A program made the translations under genes and the position numbers. The notes beneath the pieces were generated by a model. That model was not told the origin of the DNA and searched no databases. It saw only the letters and a program-made list of their open reading frames with translations. Source: Octopus bimaculoides (lineage: Eukaryota). Taken from it: a stretch of DNA of 41,923 nucleotides. The stretch is from assembly GCF_001194135.2 (NCBI RefSeq), contig NC_068990.1:17043910-17085832 (forward strand), written 5' to 3'. How positions within the stretch are numbered: the first letter of the stretch is position 1; every line of letters begins with the position of its first letter. This document shows positions 1 through 11,442 of the stretch, piece by piece.

Positions 1-534
1 GGAAACTGTGAAATCAACACAAATATGCCTCCTAAACAGCCGCAAGTTGACAGGTGCAAGAAAAACATATGCATGGAGGGTATTTTAGAGGGATTGACGT
101 TCTTAGGGGAGTAAAGATTAGTTTAAGTGGTTCGTGCAGTGTCAAGGAAGGTAGGGAAGGACACGGAAGGCATACGTCAACTGACATTACAAAAAAAAAA
201 AAAAAAGAAGGGGAGAAAGAGTGACACTCAAATAGAGCCGTCTTTCGAAACCGGAACAAATTTTTCTTAGTCGTAGAGAAATACATATACACCGGAACAA
301 AGGTAGAGATACTTACACACGTACACTCACACACTCATATATAACTCATATTATACAGGCAGCAGACGTCCAAACAGCTACATACGAACGGACAGAGATG
401 TTAATTAACAGTGAACGCTTTTATTTAGGAACGAACTTGTTTCTTTACGCTTTCATTGATGAATAATGACAGGACAGGACTGGGTGACATGAAAATAGCA
501 GAAAGGAGAAGTGGAGATATGTAAGAGTGAGGTG

Positions 535-850
535 AAGAAATGATGGTGGTGGTGGTGGTGGTGGTAGTGGTTGTGGTAGGGAGAGGAAATGGAGAAAGAC
601 AGATGACGAAGAAGAAAGTGAAGTAGAAAATCGGAAACAAGTGAAAATGAAAAGTAAAGAAAACAAAGAAAAAATCCGAGAAGAAAACGAAGATGGAAAA
701 AGAAAAGAAAAAAACATAAAAAGAAAACGAAAAGAAAAAAAAAACCGAAGAGAAAAAAGCGAAGGAAAACGAAGGATAAAGCGAAGAAGAAAAACGAGGA
801 AGAAGCAAAACACGTGGAAGAGCTGTATACAATATCTGAAAAAAAAAAGA
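535..850. repeat. (GGT)n tract followed by a GA/GAAAA-rich low-complexity purine tract
   Basis: Direct reading. It produces the K/R/E-rich and F/S-rich spurious ORFs at 425-955. Confidence 0.9.
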
Positions 851-935
851 TGAGATGGTCCGGGATGGAAGGTCTCTTTGATCATTGGTCTGACCAATCA
901 GAGCCATGCTATGTCTTAGCAACAATAACAGCACG
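850..935 (+). mobile_element. Dispersed repeat module 'F' (3' part), ending in an AAC/AAT-type tail
   Basis: gagatggtccgggatggaaggtctctttgatcattggtctgaccaatcagagcc...agcaacaataac matches the copies at 11.0, 12.9, 15.3, 20.4, 37.0, 40.1 and 41.3 kb. Confidence 0.55.
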
Positions 936-1279
936 ATTATCATTACCCCCCACAACCACCACCACCATTACTACCACAACTAACAGCAACAGAAGCATGA
1001 ACGCCAATAAGGCCCCTCTCTACTTTTTATACCCTCCCATCTCCCCCGGCTGCCTTCTATTTAGGACCAGGGGCAGTAGCAGCACGGAATTTAAGATATC
1101 TTGACGTCTTCCGTATTGTTACTGCTACTGTTGTTGTTGTTACTCTTTGACCCATTACAATGACATCAACTCCCTCTCCCCACATTCCCACATTTCCTGA
1201 AGCTCCTACCACATAACTATACAATTCCCCTCAACCCACAACCAATATAACTATACCGTTTCCTCGTTTACTTTCTGTC

Positions 1280-1510
1280 TGTCTCCTAGAACTGAGATAA
1301 GATTCTTTTACTCGCAGTCCAAGACAACTTGAACCATTTATAAAAATGTCCATTTATGGTACATCCAGCTGTTATGAATATCTCACAATTCTTTGTTCGT
1401 TCTGGCTGGAGCAAGGTGAAATAAAGTGTCTTGCTCAAGGATACAACGTACCGCCAGGACTTGAACGCATGACCTAATGATCGAGAGCCGAATACCCTAA
1501 CTACCGCCTT
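1280..1510 (-). mobile_element. tRNA-derived SINE (D/E-type head)
   Basis: Minus strand reads gttagggtattcggctctcgatcattaggtcatgcgttcaagtcc...tgtatccttgagcaagacactttatttcac: a Pol III B-box-like head plus a post-tRNA box shared with the copy at 28.7-28.8 kb. The extent of the 3' body is uncertain. Confidence 0.7.
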
Positions 1511-1699
1511 CACATTTAATGATATAACATTTAGAATGAAGGCAGTAAAGTATAAATTTCACATACAGTTCAGATTTTATGTGCAACAGCTGTTTCATTA
1601 AGATAAACACCATTAAACATATAATTTAAATTTAATTTAAATTAAAATTAATTTAAAGACCGTGACCACCCAAACCATCAGGAATATTACATACATATA

Positions 1700-2101
1700 G
1701 GCGCAGGAGTGGCTGTGTGGTAAGTAGCTCGCTTCAACTACATGGTTCTGGGTTCAGTCCCACTGCGTGACACCTTGGGAAAGTGTCTTCTACTATAGCC
1801 TCGGGCCGACCAAAGCCTTGTGAGTGGATTTGGTAGACGGAAACTGAAAGAAGCCCGTCGTATATATGTATATATATATATGTATGTGTGTGTGTATATG
1901 TTTGTGTGTCTGTGTTTGTCCCCCCAACATCGCTTGACAACCGATGCTGGTGTGTTTACGTCCCCGTAACTTAGCGGTTCAGCAAAAGAGACCGATAGAA
2001 TAAGTACTAGGCTTCCAAAGAATAAGTCCTGGGGTCGATTTGCTCGACTAAAAGCGGTGCTCCAGCATGGCCGCAGTCAAATGACTGAAACAAGTAAAAG
2101 A
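1700..2101 (+). mobile_element. Full-length tRNA-derived SINE family B with an internal (TA)/(TG) microsatellite
   Basis: A-box-like gtggctgtgtgg and B-box-like gggttcagtccc, then accttgggaaagtgtcttctactatagcc, an internal TA/TG run at 1860-1915 and a 3' body ending gaaacaagtaaaaga. Homologous copies lie at 18.3, 26.9, 32.4 and 41.5-41.9 kb. Confidence 0.9.
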
Positions 2102-2744
2102 GATAGATACACACACACATAAATTAACTTCAAACCCCAGGTTTCATATGCTTGTGTATATGCATGTCTATATAGGCGAATTATTCCCTTTAGGGTTGCT
2201 GACATTGTATTATAAAATGATTCAAGGAAACGAATTTCCGCCCCTAAAAGATATCCCTGTGTACATTATTCTTTATGATGATTGTGCAAAATATTTATCT
2301 ACTTTCCTCATTCTCAGAATTCAATCCCAAGGGCTTCGAAACGTCTCTCTCTCCTATTTCGTAGATTATTTGATTAGAATGACACTATACGATGTTAGCC
2401 CAAATAGTAAATGTTTGCAAAAACAACTGAAGGAGTACCCCACTGATTCTGTTGGGATCCGGGTATTTGTTGAGCCGTTAGGGCATCAGGCAACCGATCG
2501 AGGAAACAGTAGTTTGAAATTTAGTATCCAAGCTGTGCTTGGTCCATGATCAAGAAAGACACTTAACTGTCAATGATCCAGTTCCATTCTGATTTTAAAA
2601 GAAGTCTCAAAATCATCCGTAATCTCAGACTAGCAAAATCTATAGAAAAAGAAGCCTGTTCTGTATAACCACGGCGAAAGGTTTAGATATAGACCACAAG
2701 AACACAAACTTTTGGGGAGTGTATAGTCTAATTTTACTGAAATG

Positions 2745-2935
2745 TATATAGTATGTACGTAAGCATGTATATATGTACGTACGTTGGTATCTATGAGCGT
2801 ATGTACTTATATATGCATGTTTATACGTACCTATGTATGCGTGTACGTACGTACCTATGTTTATACCTTCTACCCATGTATGTATGTACGTAAGTACCTA
2901 TGTATGTGTGTATGTACGTATGTATGCATGGGTGT
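2745..2935. repeat. Degenerate (TATG/TACG)n microsatellite
   Basis: Direct reading. A cleaner (TATG)n lies at 3154-3182. Confidence 0.9.
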
Positions 2936-3676
2936 CTAAAAGACTAGGGTCTCTCACTCCATGATAAAATGAAGGCACGTGTCAGCGTGGATGGTAAGCT
3001 CTCTTAACACCTGGTGAAAGAGGCACCCATCGTTGTCTCACCTATACAAACGAGTGAAGATCTATAGCAAAATTGAAACGCTACATCTGTGCTGCTCATG
3101 TTTAAGAGAACAATCAAGCGATGGCATTACTTGAAATCGAATTGCAGCCATCATGTATGTATGTATGTATGTATGTATGTACGTTGAAAAAAGCTACAAT
3201 GTTTGAGAAGCCCTGACACAGAGGCTCATGAGTTGGCTCAAGATTCTGTAATCTCACCAGTTTCGCAATGAGAAAATGTTATTGAAGTGGTATCTATTGG
3301 TGTTATTTGCAAAACGAGAGAGAAAAAAGAGAAAGTAACAAGCTTTCTTTAAATATTGAAGTATGTTAAGGTATGTTAAGTAAACAGGAAGTTTATACTT
3401 CTATATCTTTTAATTAGATTGATATGATACGATATGATATATATATNNNNNNNNNNNNNNNNNNNNNNNNNNNNNNNNNNNNNNNNNNNNNNNNNNNNNN
3501 NNNNNNNNNNNNNNNNNNNNNNNNNNNNNNNNNNNNNNNNNNNNNNNNNNNNNNNNNNNNNNNNNNNNNNNNNNNNNNNNNNNNNNNNNNNNNNNNNNNN
3601 NNNNNNNNNNNNNNNNNNNNNNNNNNNNNNNNNNNNNNNNNNNNNNNNNNNNNNNNNNNNNNNNGTGTGTGTGTGT

Positions 3677-3900
3677 GTGGAGGCATATGGTTCAGTGGTT
3701 AGGGTGTTGCACTCATAACTAAGATTGTGATTTCGATTCCTGGACAAGGCGGTGTATTATGTTCTTGAGCAAGACATTTCATTTCATGTTGCTCTAATTC
3801 ACTCAGGTAATCCTGTGACGGACAGGTGTCTTGTCCAGGCAGGGAATATATATGCCACGGAATCCAGGAAACCAGCCTTATGAGGTCAGGAAAGACCTTT
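3677..3900 (+). mobile_element. tRNA-derived SINE family C with a V-domain-like central segment
   Basis: Head ggaggcatatggttcagtggttagggtgttgcactc...atttcgattcc, then ttcttgagcaagacatttcatttc. The segment cctgtgacggacaggtgtcttgtccagg resembles the V-SINE central domain (assignment from recall, unverified). Confidence 0.7.
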
Positions 3901-3949
3901 GATCTCTTTTGAGATATATTATCAAGCACACACAGGTTACTTATTTGAA

Positions 3950-4080
3950 CTCTACATTCTGAGTTCAAATACTGCTAATGCCAAATATACCTTTCATCTT
4001 TCTGACGATGATAAAGTTAAATAAGTCATCTGTTTGGTTCAATATGATCGACTACCCCTTCTTCCCCACCCCAAACTGGT
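3950..4080 (+). mobile_element. Degenerate SINE family A fragment
   Basis: acattctgagttcaaatactg...cctttcatctttc...gataaagttaaataagt...tcaatatgatcgact. Confidence 0.6.
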
Positions 4081-4404
4081 AAAAAATGTAAAAGCAAAAT
4101 CAATATTACTTTTCAATAGATTTGTTATCGAACTGGCTTCAAATGCTTCTTTTTTTTTTCCAAAGTACTAGACTGGATTCGAACTAGTAAGCTTTGTCTT
4201 TAATCTAAGAGAAATACATGCGTCAGTGATCTAGGAAAATATAGCATTATGATGACTGGTTTAGAAACAAAGGTTTTTTGTTTAAATTCAAGCTGATGTT
4301 GATTAGAGGTCAAAACAGTTGAAACGCCGTGGAAATGTAAATTAATAAACATATACTCCGTCAATTGAAACATGTCAGCCGATGTTGACTGAGAGGTAAA
4401 CACT

Positions 4405-4732
4405 TACGTAAGCATTCATACCTTTTATGGCAGTTCAAGAAGCTAGTCGACTTTACCATTGATCGCTTTCGGCGTCAATAAAATAAGTACCAGTAATCGA
4501 CTTAGCCCTCTCCAAGAAGCTGGTTATGCCTTATAGGAAATATATTTAGGCTGTGGTTTTAAACTGTGAAAGCGCGTGGCCTCGTGTCTAGGATGCTGTA
4601 CTCCCCGATTGCGAAATCGTGGTTTCGATTCCAGAACCAGGCGTTGTGTTCCTGGGCGGAATTTGAACTCAAAGACGGACGAAATGCCACTGAGCATTTT
4701 GCCTGGCATGCTAACAATCCTACCAGCTCGCA
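4405..4732. mobile_element. Cluster of SINE fragments: family A 3' part (+, 4405-4535), C/D head (+, 4570-4655), family A head (-, 4656-4732)
   Basis: agtcgactttaccattgatcgctttcggcgtcaataaaataagtaccag; gcgcgtggcctcgtg...tttcgattcc; ggcggaatttgaactc...ctaacaatcctaccagctcgc. Confidence 0.7.
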
Positions 4733-4769
4733 TGTGCACAATTCAAGTATTACATATATAATACATAAA

Positions 4770-4958
4770 CGAGTGGGTGCTGAAAAGTTTCTGGCTTTGG
4801 GTAAGAGAAATAGATGAAGATCGGTTAATTATGATTTTATTCAACGTATTGCAGCGGACCCTCGGGTTTTCTAAGCTCTGTAAAGGAACTCAGGAGGTTG
4901 GGCTTCCAACCAGGTCTTTCGCGATACCCTTAAAGCCAGAAACTTTCCAGTAACCCCG
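4770..4958. mobile_element. mariner-like MITE, 189 bp
   Basis: ~30-bp TIRs: left cgagtgggtgctgaaaagtttctggcttt; right (reverse complement) cggggttactggaaagtttctggcttt. TA on the right flank; the left TSD is degraded (AA). Confidence 0.75.
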
Positions 4959-5106
4959 TATAATGCAAAAACATCCTGCAGACTGTGATAGTCAATAAAA
5001 CAGAAATAAATTTATAAATCCATTCTTTCTGTGCGATTCGATGCTAAATGATCAACGGCCTGGTCCTAGTTTGCGACCCGACGGTCGAGGACCCTTTAAG
5101 TAAAGG

Positions 5107-5270
5107 ATTTGGCAGTACTTAGCAATATCTCTTTTACATTCTGTGTTCAAACTTACCGGAGTTAACTTCACTTTTCACCGGTCCGGGGTCGATCAAATAA
5201 TTACCAATAAAGTTCTGAAGCAATTTAATCAACTATGCCCTCCACTTCACAAAAAATTTGTGACCCTGGG
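5107..5270 (+). mobile_element. Degenerate SINE family A
   Basis: ttttacattctgtgttcaaacttaccggagttaac...ccggggtcgatcaaataattacc. Confidence 0.55.
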
Positions 5271-5512
5271 CAAGGTTAAAACTCATTTATTTCTACTTAC
5301 TTGGTCGATAGAGATAGTGACCTTTTTTAACACTGAGAGATCAACTTTAGCTTCATGCGAAAAACGAGTGGCGAGGGAATTGTATGACATTCGTATATTT
5401 CCTAAAGGTTCTAGGGAGCTAAGTGGGATCTACTTCCGGCTCACAGAGTGGGGGTACATTGTTATACCATACCATATGTGATTGCATACAGACAGATAGA
5501 TACACATACACA

Positions 5513-5555
<43 letters not shown>

Positions 5556-5556
5556 G

Positions 5557-5768
5557 AGGCGGCGAGCTGGCATAATCGTTAGCACGCCGGGCGAAATGCT
5601 TAGCTGTATTTCGCCCGTCGTTACGTTCTGACTTCAAATTCCGCCGAGGTCGACCTTACCTTTCATCCTTTCGGGGTCAATAAAACAAGTACCAGTTGAA
5701 CACTGGGGTCAATGTAATCGACTCATCCCCTCTCCCAAAATTGCTGCCCTTATGGAAAAATTTGAAAC
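5557..5768 (+). mobile_element. Full-length tRNA-derived SINE family A flanked by (ATT)n
   Basis: ggcggcgagctggcataatcgttagcacgccggg...cttcaaattccgccgaggtcgacc...cctttcatcctttcggggtcaataaaacaagtaccag...aaatttgaaac. (ATT)n at 5514-5556 and 5769-5808. Confidence 0.9.
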
Positions 5769-5808
<40 letters not shown>

Positions 5809-5810
<2 letters not shown>

Positions 5811-5966
5811 GGAGGCGAGCTGACAGTATTGTTAGCACACCGGCCAATATGCTTAGCGGCATTTCGTCTGTCCTTACATTCTTACCAGTCAAGCACTGCG
5901 GTTCGATGTAAATCGATTTACCTCGACCCTGGAATTGCGGGCCTTGTGATAACAAATTTAAAACCA
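5809..5966 (+). mobile_element. SINE family A with an internal deletion
   Basis: The head matches family A and jumps from ttacattct directly to taccagtc, losing the B-box and post-tRNA segment. Confidence 0.8.
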
Positions 5967-6385
5967 TTATTTCCAGGTGATTAACATAGTGAATAAAAAC
6001 TGAAAATATTTTTGAAGATTAAGGCAATTAAAAAAGATTCATCTATCGTATCATACTACAGCCTCCATTCTTCCCACTGCTCATAATTTCCCACAACCCC
6101 AGGGGACGCCACAGACCTTGTGGAGAAGTAATGTTGTAAAGCAGTTCTTATGGCTCCTGAATCCTTATGTGAATATAACCAAGGTAGTCACAACAGTATA
6201 GATCGCTGCTCTTTTTTGTTAGAGTTTTCTTGCATTCGTTTTAACTACTGACTATGAATATATTTATGTAATTCTATTAAATAACAGCTTTAACTAATTT
6301 CCATAACGCGGTAATAAGCGTTCACAACGCTAGACTTTTTTATCTGACGTTCGTTTATTTATTGGTGCATATGCACACAATATTT

Positions 6386-6387
<2 letters not shown>

Positions 6388-6448
<61 letters not shown>

Positions 6449-6699
6449 NNNNNNNNNNNNNNNNNNNNNNNNNNNNNNNNNNNNNNNNNNNNNNNNNNNN
6501 NNNNNNNNNNNNNNNNNNNNNNNNNNNNNNNNNNNNNNNNNNNNNNNNNNNNNNNNNNNNNNNNNNNNNNNNNNNNNNNNNNNNNNNNNNNNNNNNNNNN
6601 NNNNNNNNNNNNNNNNNNNNNNNNNNNNNNNNNNNNNNNTATATATAGCAAATAAGAGAGACAAACGTACAGGGCGAGATAAATAGATATCTTACACAC

Positions 6700-6742
<43 letters not shown>

Positions 6743-7074
6743 TATATATATATACTTACACTTATGCACACACATACTGATACATACTCAACACGCATAT
6801 ATGCATGTGTGTATGAACGTATCTAATGTATGCATATGCACATGTCTGTATGTAGGTATGTTATCTAATTTACACCACGCCAATATTTATCTTCCTATCA
6901 TCTCTGATATTTCATCATCACCATCATCATTAATGCGATGATGGTGAAAAGATTAAAAGAGAGAGAGAAAGAGAGAGGCAGAGGGAAGATTAAACGAAAT
7001 ATACGGACATAAAATCCTCCATGTTGGAAGATGAGGGAACGATATATAGACAGACAGACAGACAGACAGGTAGG

Positions 7075-7133
<59 letters not shown>
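6388..7133. repeat. Microsatellite block: (TG)n, gap, (TA)n/(CA)n, then (GACA)/(GATA)n at 7045-7133
   Basis: Direct reading. Confidence 0.9.
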
Positions 7134-7134
<1 letters not shown>

Positions 7135-7699
7135 AAGCAACTGGTAATTTTATACCGACAACATCCTCCAGTCACAAAACTCCGATAGCAATGTAAAATG
7201 ACTTGATTGCAGAAATATCTTGAAATATCTAGAAAAAAAGCAGTTACTTTTTATTTATAGCCCTCTCCTTCACGCACACGCAGAAGTGCAAAAGTATTTT
7301 AGTTTTAAATTACAAACACATACAGTTTTAATTTCACCTAATATTAATTACTAACCCTAAACTGAATTTTATAATCTTAACGATAATGCCACAAAATTAC
7401 GAGGTCAATAACTGATGAGAGATAAGCATTCAATGTCTTGTGTGTGTTTTTTCCGCATATTTCTTTGCAGTCATTTCTGTGCAAATTTTTAGTCATATAT
7501 TTACACCACATACAAATTGAATTATTATAATATAACGTAATAGTTATAACAGGAAATCTCTTAGCTAACTGAAGTTTAATTGATAGGTTGTAGAGTCTAT
7601 CAACTGAAGATTTAATGGTGTGTATGGAAACACCAGGTCTTGCACCGAGTCTCTGGAATCGGACACTTATTTCCTGATGGCAGTACTGTCCAACATTAT

Positions 7700-7900
7700 A
7701 AAGCGGCGAGCTGGCAGAATCGTTAGCACGCCGGGCGAAATACTTAGCGGCATTTCGTCCGTCTTCAGGTCTGAGTTCAAATTCCGCCGAGATCGACTTT
7801 GCCATTCATCCTTTCAGGGTCGATAAAATGCGTACTGGGGTTGATGCATTCGACTTACCCCCCCCCCCCCGAAATTGTTCGTCTTGTGCCAAAATTTTAA
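7700..7900 (+). mobile_element. SINE family A, near full length
   Basis: gcggcgagctggcagaatcgttagcacgccgggcgaaatac...gagttcaaattccgccgagatcgactttgcc...gtgccaaaattttaaatc. Confidence 0.9.
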
Positions 7901-8096
7901 ATCACTACTGTTCAACATTTTTCATTTTTTTAAAACTTAGTAAATATTGTGGTTTCGTGTTCGATATCCCGATGCGGCACCTTCAGCTGATGTTTTCTTT
8001 TATTAGAGTCACATTGTCGGGTTTTAGCATTGCCTAGCGAGTGGAATTTAATTGACAGAAAGTGTCACACACATGCGCGCGTGCGTACTTTTTTTC

Positions 8097-8456
8097 GGTA
8101 CTTTTTGGTTATCTCATCCCCATTAAAAAATTGAATTATCTCCCCCAACTAAAAAATAAATGTTTAACCCTCAATAAAACAAAAAAATAATGAAAAAATT
8201 AATAAACATGGGAAGCAAAAAGATTAAACGTCTTATTGAATCTAATAACATTTTTATAACAAGTCATAGCGTTCCTATTGAGGAGGCCAAAAGTCAACAA
8301 TGTGTTGAAGTATTGAATCAAAAGGATCTAACCCTTTCAATTCAATTTCCTGTCACCACATAAACTCAATATTTTAGTGGGGAGATAACCCAATTTTTTA
8401 ATGGCAATTTTTTAATGGCAATTTTTTAATGGGAGGTGAGATAACCAAAAAGTACC
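8097..8456. mobile_element. Mutator (MULE)-like MITE, 360 bp
   Basis: ~60-bp TIRs beginning GGTACTTTTTGGTTATCTCA. Identical 9-bp TSD CTTTTTTTC at 8088-8096 and 8457-8465. Confidence 0.85.
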
Positions 8457-9351
8457 CTTTTTTTCTGCTGGTTTACTCGAATACTACTGGATTTATTTTA
8501 TCGAGCCCTGAGTGTATTAGAAGCTATTCAATAGGACTGGCAACAGAGCCAACTATTAGACAAGCATTTAGTCTACATCTGATTTGATGTTGACGGAGAA
8601 ATTGAAAGAAAGAGAGAAGAGAGGAAGAAAGAGAGAAATAAAACTGGAAAAAGGAAAACTGAGAAAAAAACGAAAGAAAGCAGGAAGGAATGAAGGCAAA
8701 CGAAAGAAAGAAGCGTGTGAGCTAGTGGGGTCAGATAATGATCAACCAGATGGGCTGAGTGAGAGTGAGAGTGAGAGTGGTGAAGGAGAGGGGTAGCAGT
8801 AAGATATTAAAGGTTTATATATAAAGGCCAAAGGCAACACATCCCGAGAATGTATTTCATTGGTAGAGACCGGAAACGGAAGTGAAAGAGGAGCGACTTG
8901 ACTCTCAAAGGCGAGACGTTAAGGTTTGCTGTCTTAACTGATGTGATTAGACGAGTTGTCAAGTTTACGTCACTAAAATAATATCACAACAATAACAATA
9001 ACATTCAACAACAACACAAACACGTTTTCAAATATTGTTCTTCGCAGATATGGGATACTCTTTCTCTCTCTCTCTGTCTCGTGTGTGTGTGTGTGTGTTC
9101 GATAGGCGTGTCTATGTGTGCCATAAATATCGCCATCCATTTAGAGAAAAATTTGTAGTTTAGAATCAGTAGTTCTTTGACTGCTATTTCTAGATTTTCA
9201 GTATGTTGGAGAAGCAACCCATTGCTAATCCCTGTATATTTATGATGATAAATGATTTTACCGATAAAGGTTTTTTTTCATACTGAACTACTTGGCAAAA
9301 TTGTTAATTATTAATTCTATTACTAATTGACGATTCCCTGCCCTTATTCTT

Positions 9352-9391
<40 letters not shown>

Positions 9392-9863
9392 GCATGTATG
9401 TATGCACATGCATATATAAACATGTATACATGGATATTATATATATTCATACACACACACGTATACATGCATATATGCATAAACGTGTGTGCATGCATAT
9501 ATATGAATGCGTGTGTGTGTACGTGTTTGTATATATTTATATAGATATTTCTACGTATAAATACATACATAATATATATATATATATATATATATGGCCA
9601 ATATTTATCACACACGCGCATACATCTATCTTATGAAACCGGAAGACTAATTACATTAATCAACTGTTTGTACTGGGGCACCTGATAAAATAAATCAAAA
9701 TAAACAAATAATCACAAGGAAATGAAAACAGGGATTGGAGAGGGGGAGGGAGAGAGGGGGGAGTGGGGGAGAATGAACNNNNNNNNNNGTTAGTTCCTTC
9801 GTTCTAGTTGTGACTGCATATTAAACCTGTATGTAAATATGGAGTCAGTAGCGCCGATACTGG

Positions 9864-9914
<51 letters not shown>

Positions 9915-10489
9915 GGTCGATCGGTTGATATAGGAGTGTGAGTGTTTTGATACATGTTTTATATGTGGATACGTATACACATATATAAACAACTACATAC
10001 AGGCATACACTCATATGGTGTATAGGTGTATTTACATACGCGTGTGTGTAGGCATGTATAATACCGCTAAATGTTAGCCCTTTTATGCATTGACGGATGC
10101 CGAAAGGTCAAGTACAATGAAAGACGTACGTAAACATATAGTCGGGGTGGCCTTACGGAGTTTGTTAAAAGAAACTTTCCGCACCTCTATATAGGTGGGG
10201 GCACTTTTAGTCCTAGAGGAAGCAGCAGCAGCTCCCATAACCTCCGTTCGTTTTGTCAGAACCTTCAAGATTTAGTAGAAGGAAGGGAGGACGTTAACCT
10301 CAAACCGGAGATCCTGTTTGAATTCCTTGAAACAGAATAAACCTTGGTAAAGGCACTCAAACACCTGGTAATGCACTCGGGTGACGGGTTAAGTCACAAA
10401 TTACCACCCAACAATTTTAAGAATTAATACTGCAAGGCCTTTTCGTCTCGATGCTCTTGAACAATATCGTCAATCTATGCCCTGGAGCG

Positions 10490-11010
10490 ATGTTTTTTTT
10501 TTTCAACCCTGAAAGAAATAAAAATAATTTACCTCGGCGGGATTTGAACTCAGAGTGCTGTGAGCCGGAACAAAAATTTTGCCAATACACCGCCTATACG
10601 TGATCACATTACAGCCGTTTCGACGCACCGATGTGTGGCCGTGGAAAGAATTATTAAATGTGCCTATGGTAGGAAGGATTATTAAACACTGAAGTTTCTT
10701 TCCGACTCTTTACGTTCTGAGTTCAAATCCCGCTGAGGTTAACATTGTTTTTCATTTTTCTAAAGTTGATAAATTAAGTACCAGTCAAGTACTGGGAATA
10801 GATGGTATCGACTAAACCCTTTCTTCTCAGATTTGCTGGCTTTGTGCCTAGATAAGAAACCATTAATAAGAGAGCGGTGAGCTGGCAAAATTATTGGCGC
10901 GTCGGACAAAATGCTTGGCAGTTTTTCTTCCGTCTCTTTATATTCTGAACCCAAATTCTGTCGGGATCACCTTCGTGTTTCTTCTTTTCGGGGTCGATAA
11001 AATAAAGTAT
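10490..11010. mobile_element. Three SINE family A fragments: 10490-10560 (-), 10690-10865 (+), 10873-11010 (+)
   Basis: cctcggcgggatttgaactcag; tttacgttctgagttcaaatcccgctgagg; gcggtgagctggcaaaattattggcgcgtcgg...ttttcggggtcgataaaataaagtatcag. Confidence 0.8.
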
Positions 11011-11039
11011 CAGCTGAGAAGGGTGTGATGGTAGAGTTG

Positions 11040-11118
11040 TTGACGTTTAGTCTTCCGGTCAGCTGTCATTAAACAAATTTATGACCAAAACATTCCAGCC
11101 ATAACCATCCCGCCTTTC
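11040..11118 (-). mobile_element. Module F copy
   Basis: ttatgaccaaaacattccagccataaccatcccg is the reverse complement of the shared core gggatggtyayggctggaatg. Confidence 0.6.
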
Positions 11119-11406
11119 TTGGTTTATCTTGNNNNNNNNNNNNNNNNNNNNNNNNNNNNNNNNNNNNNNNNNNNNNNNNNNNNNNNNNNNNNNNNNNNNN
11201 NNNNNNNNNNNNNNNNNNNNNNNNNNNNNNNNNNNNNNNNNNNNNNNNNNNNNNNNNNNNNNNNNNNNNNNNNNNNNNNNNNNNNNNNNNNNNNNNNNNN
11301 NNNNNNNNNNNNNNNNNNNNNNNNNNNNNNNNNNNNNNNNNNNNNNNNNNNNNNNNNNNNNNNNNNNNNNNNNNNNNNNNNNNNNNNNNNNNNNNNNNNN
11401 NNNNNN

Positions 11407-11442
<36 letters not shown>

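Noticed and set aside
1700-1780. tRNA genes at SINE heads (also 3677, 5557, 28750 and 39362)
   Set aside because: A/B-box-like motifs are present, but there is no cloverleaf and each continues into a SINE body.
9742-9769. G-quadruplex consensus (four G-tracts)
   Set aside because: It lies within GA-rich low complexity next to a gap, with no evidence of function.
10083-10400. GC-richer segment suspected to be a retroelement fragment
   Set aside because: The frames I translated gave no RT, endonuclease or integrase motif, so it is left unassigned.
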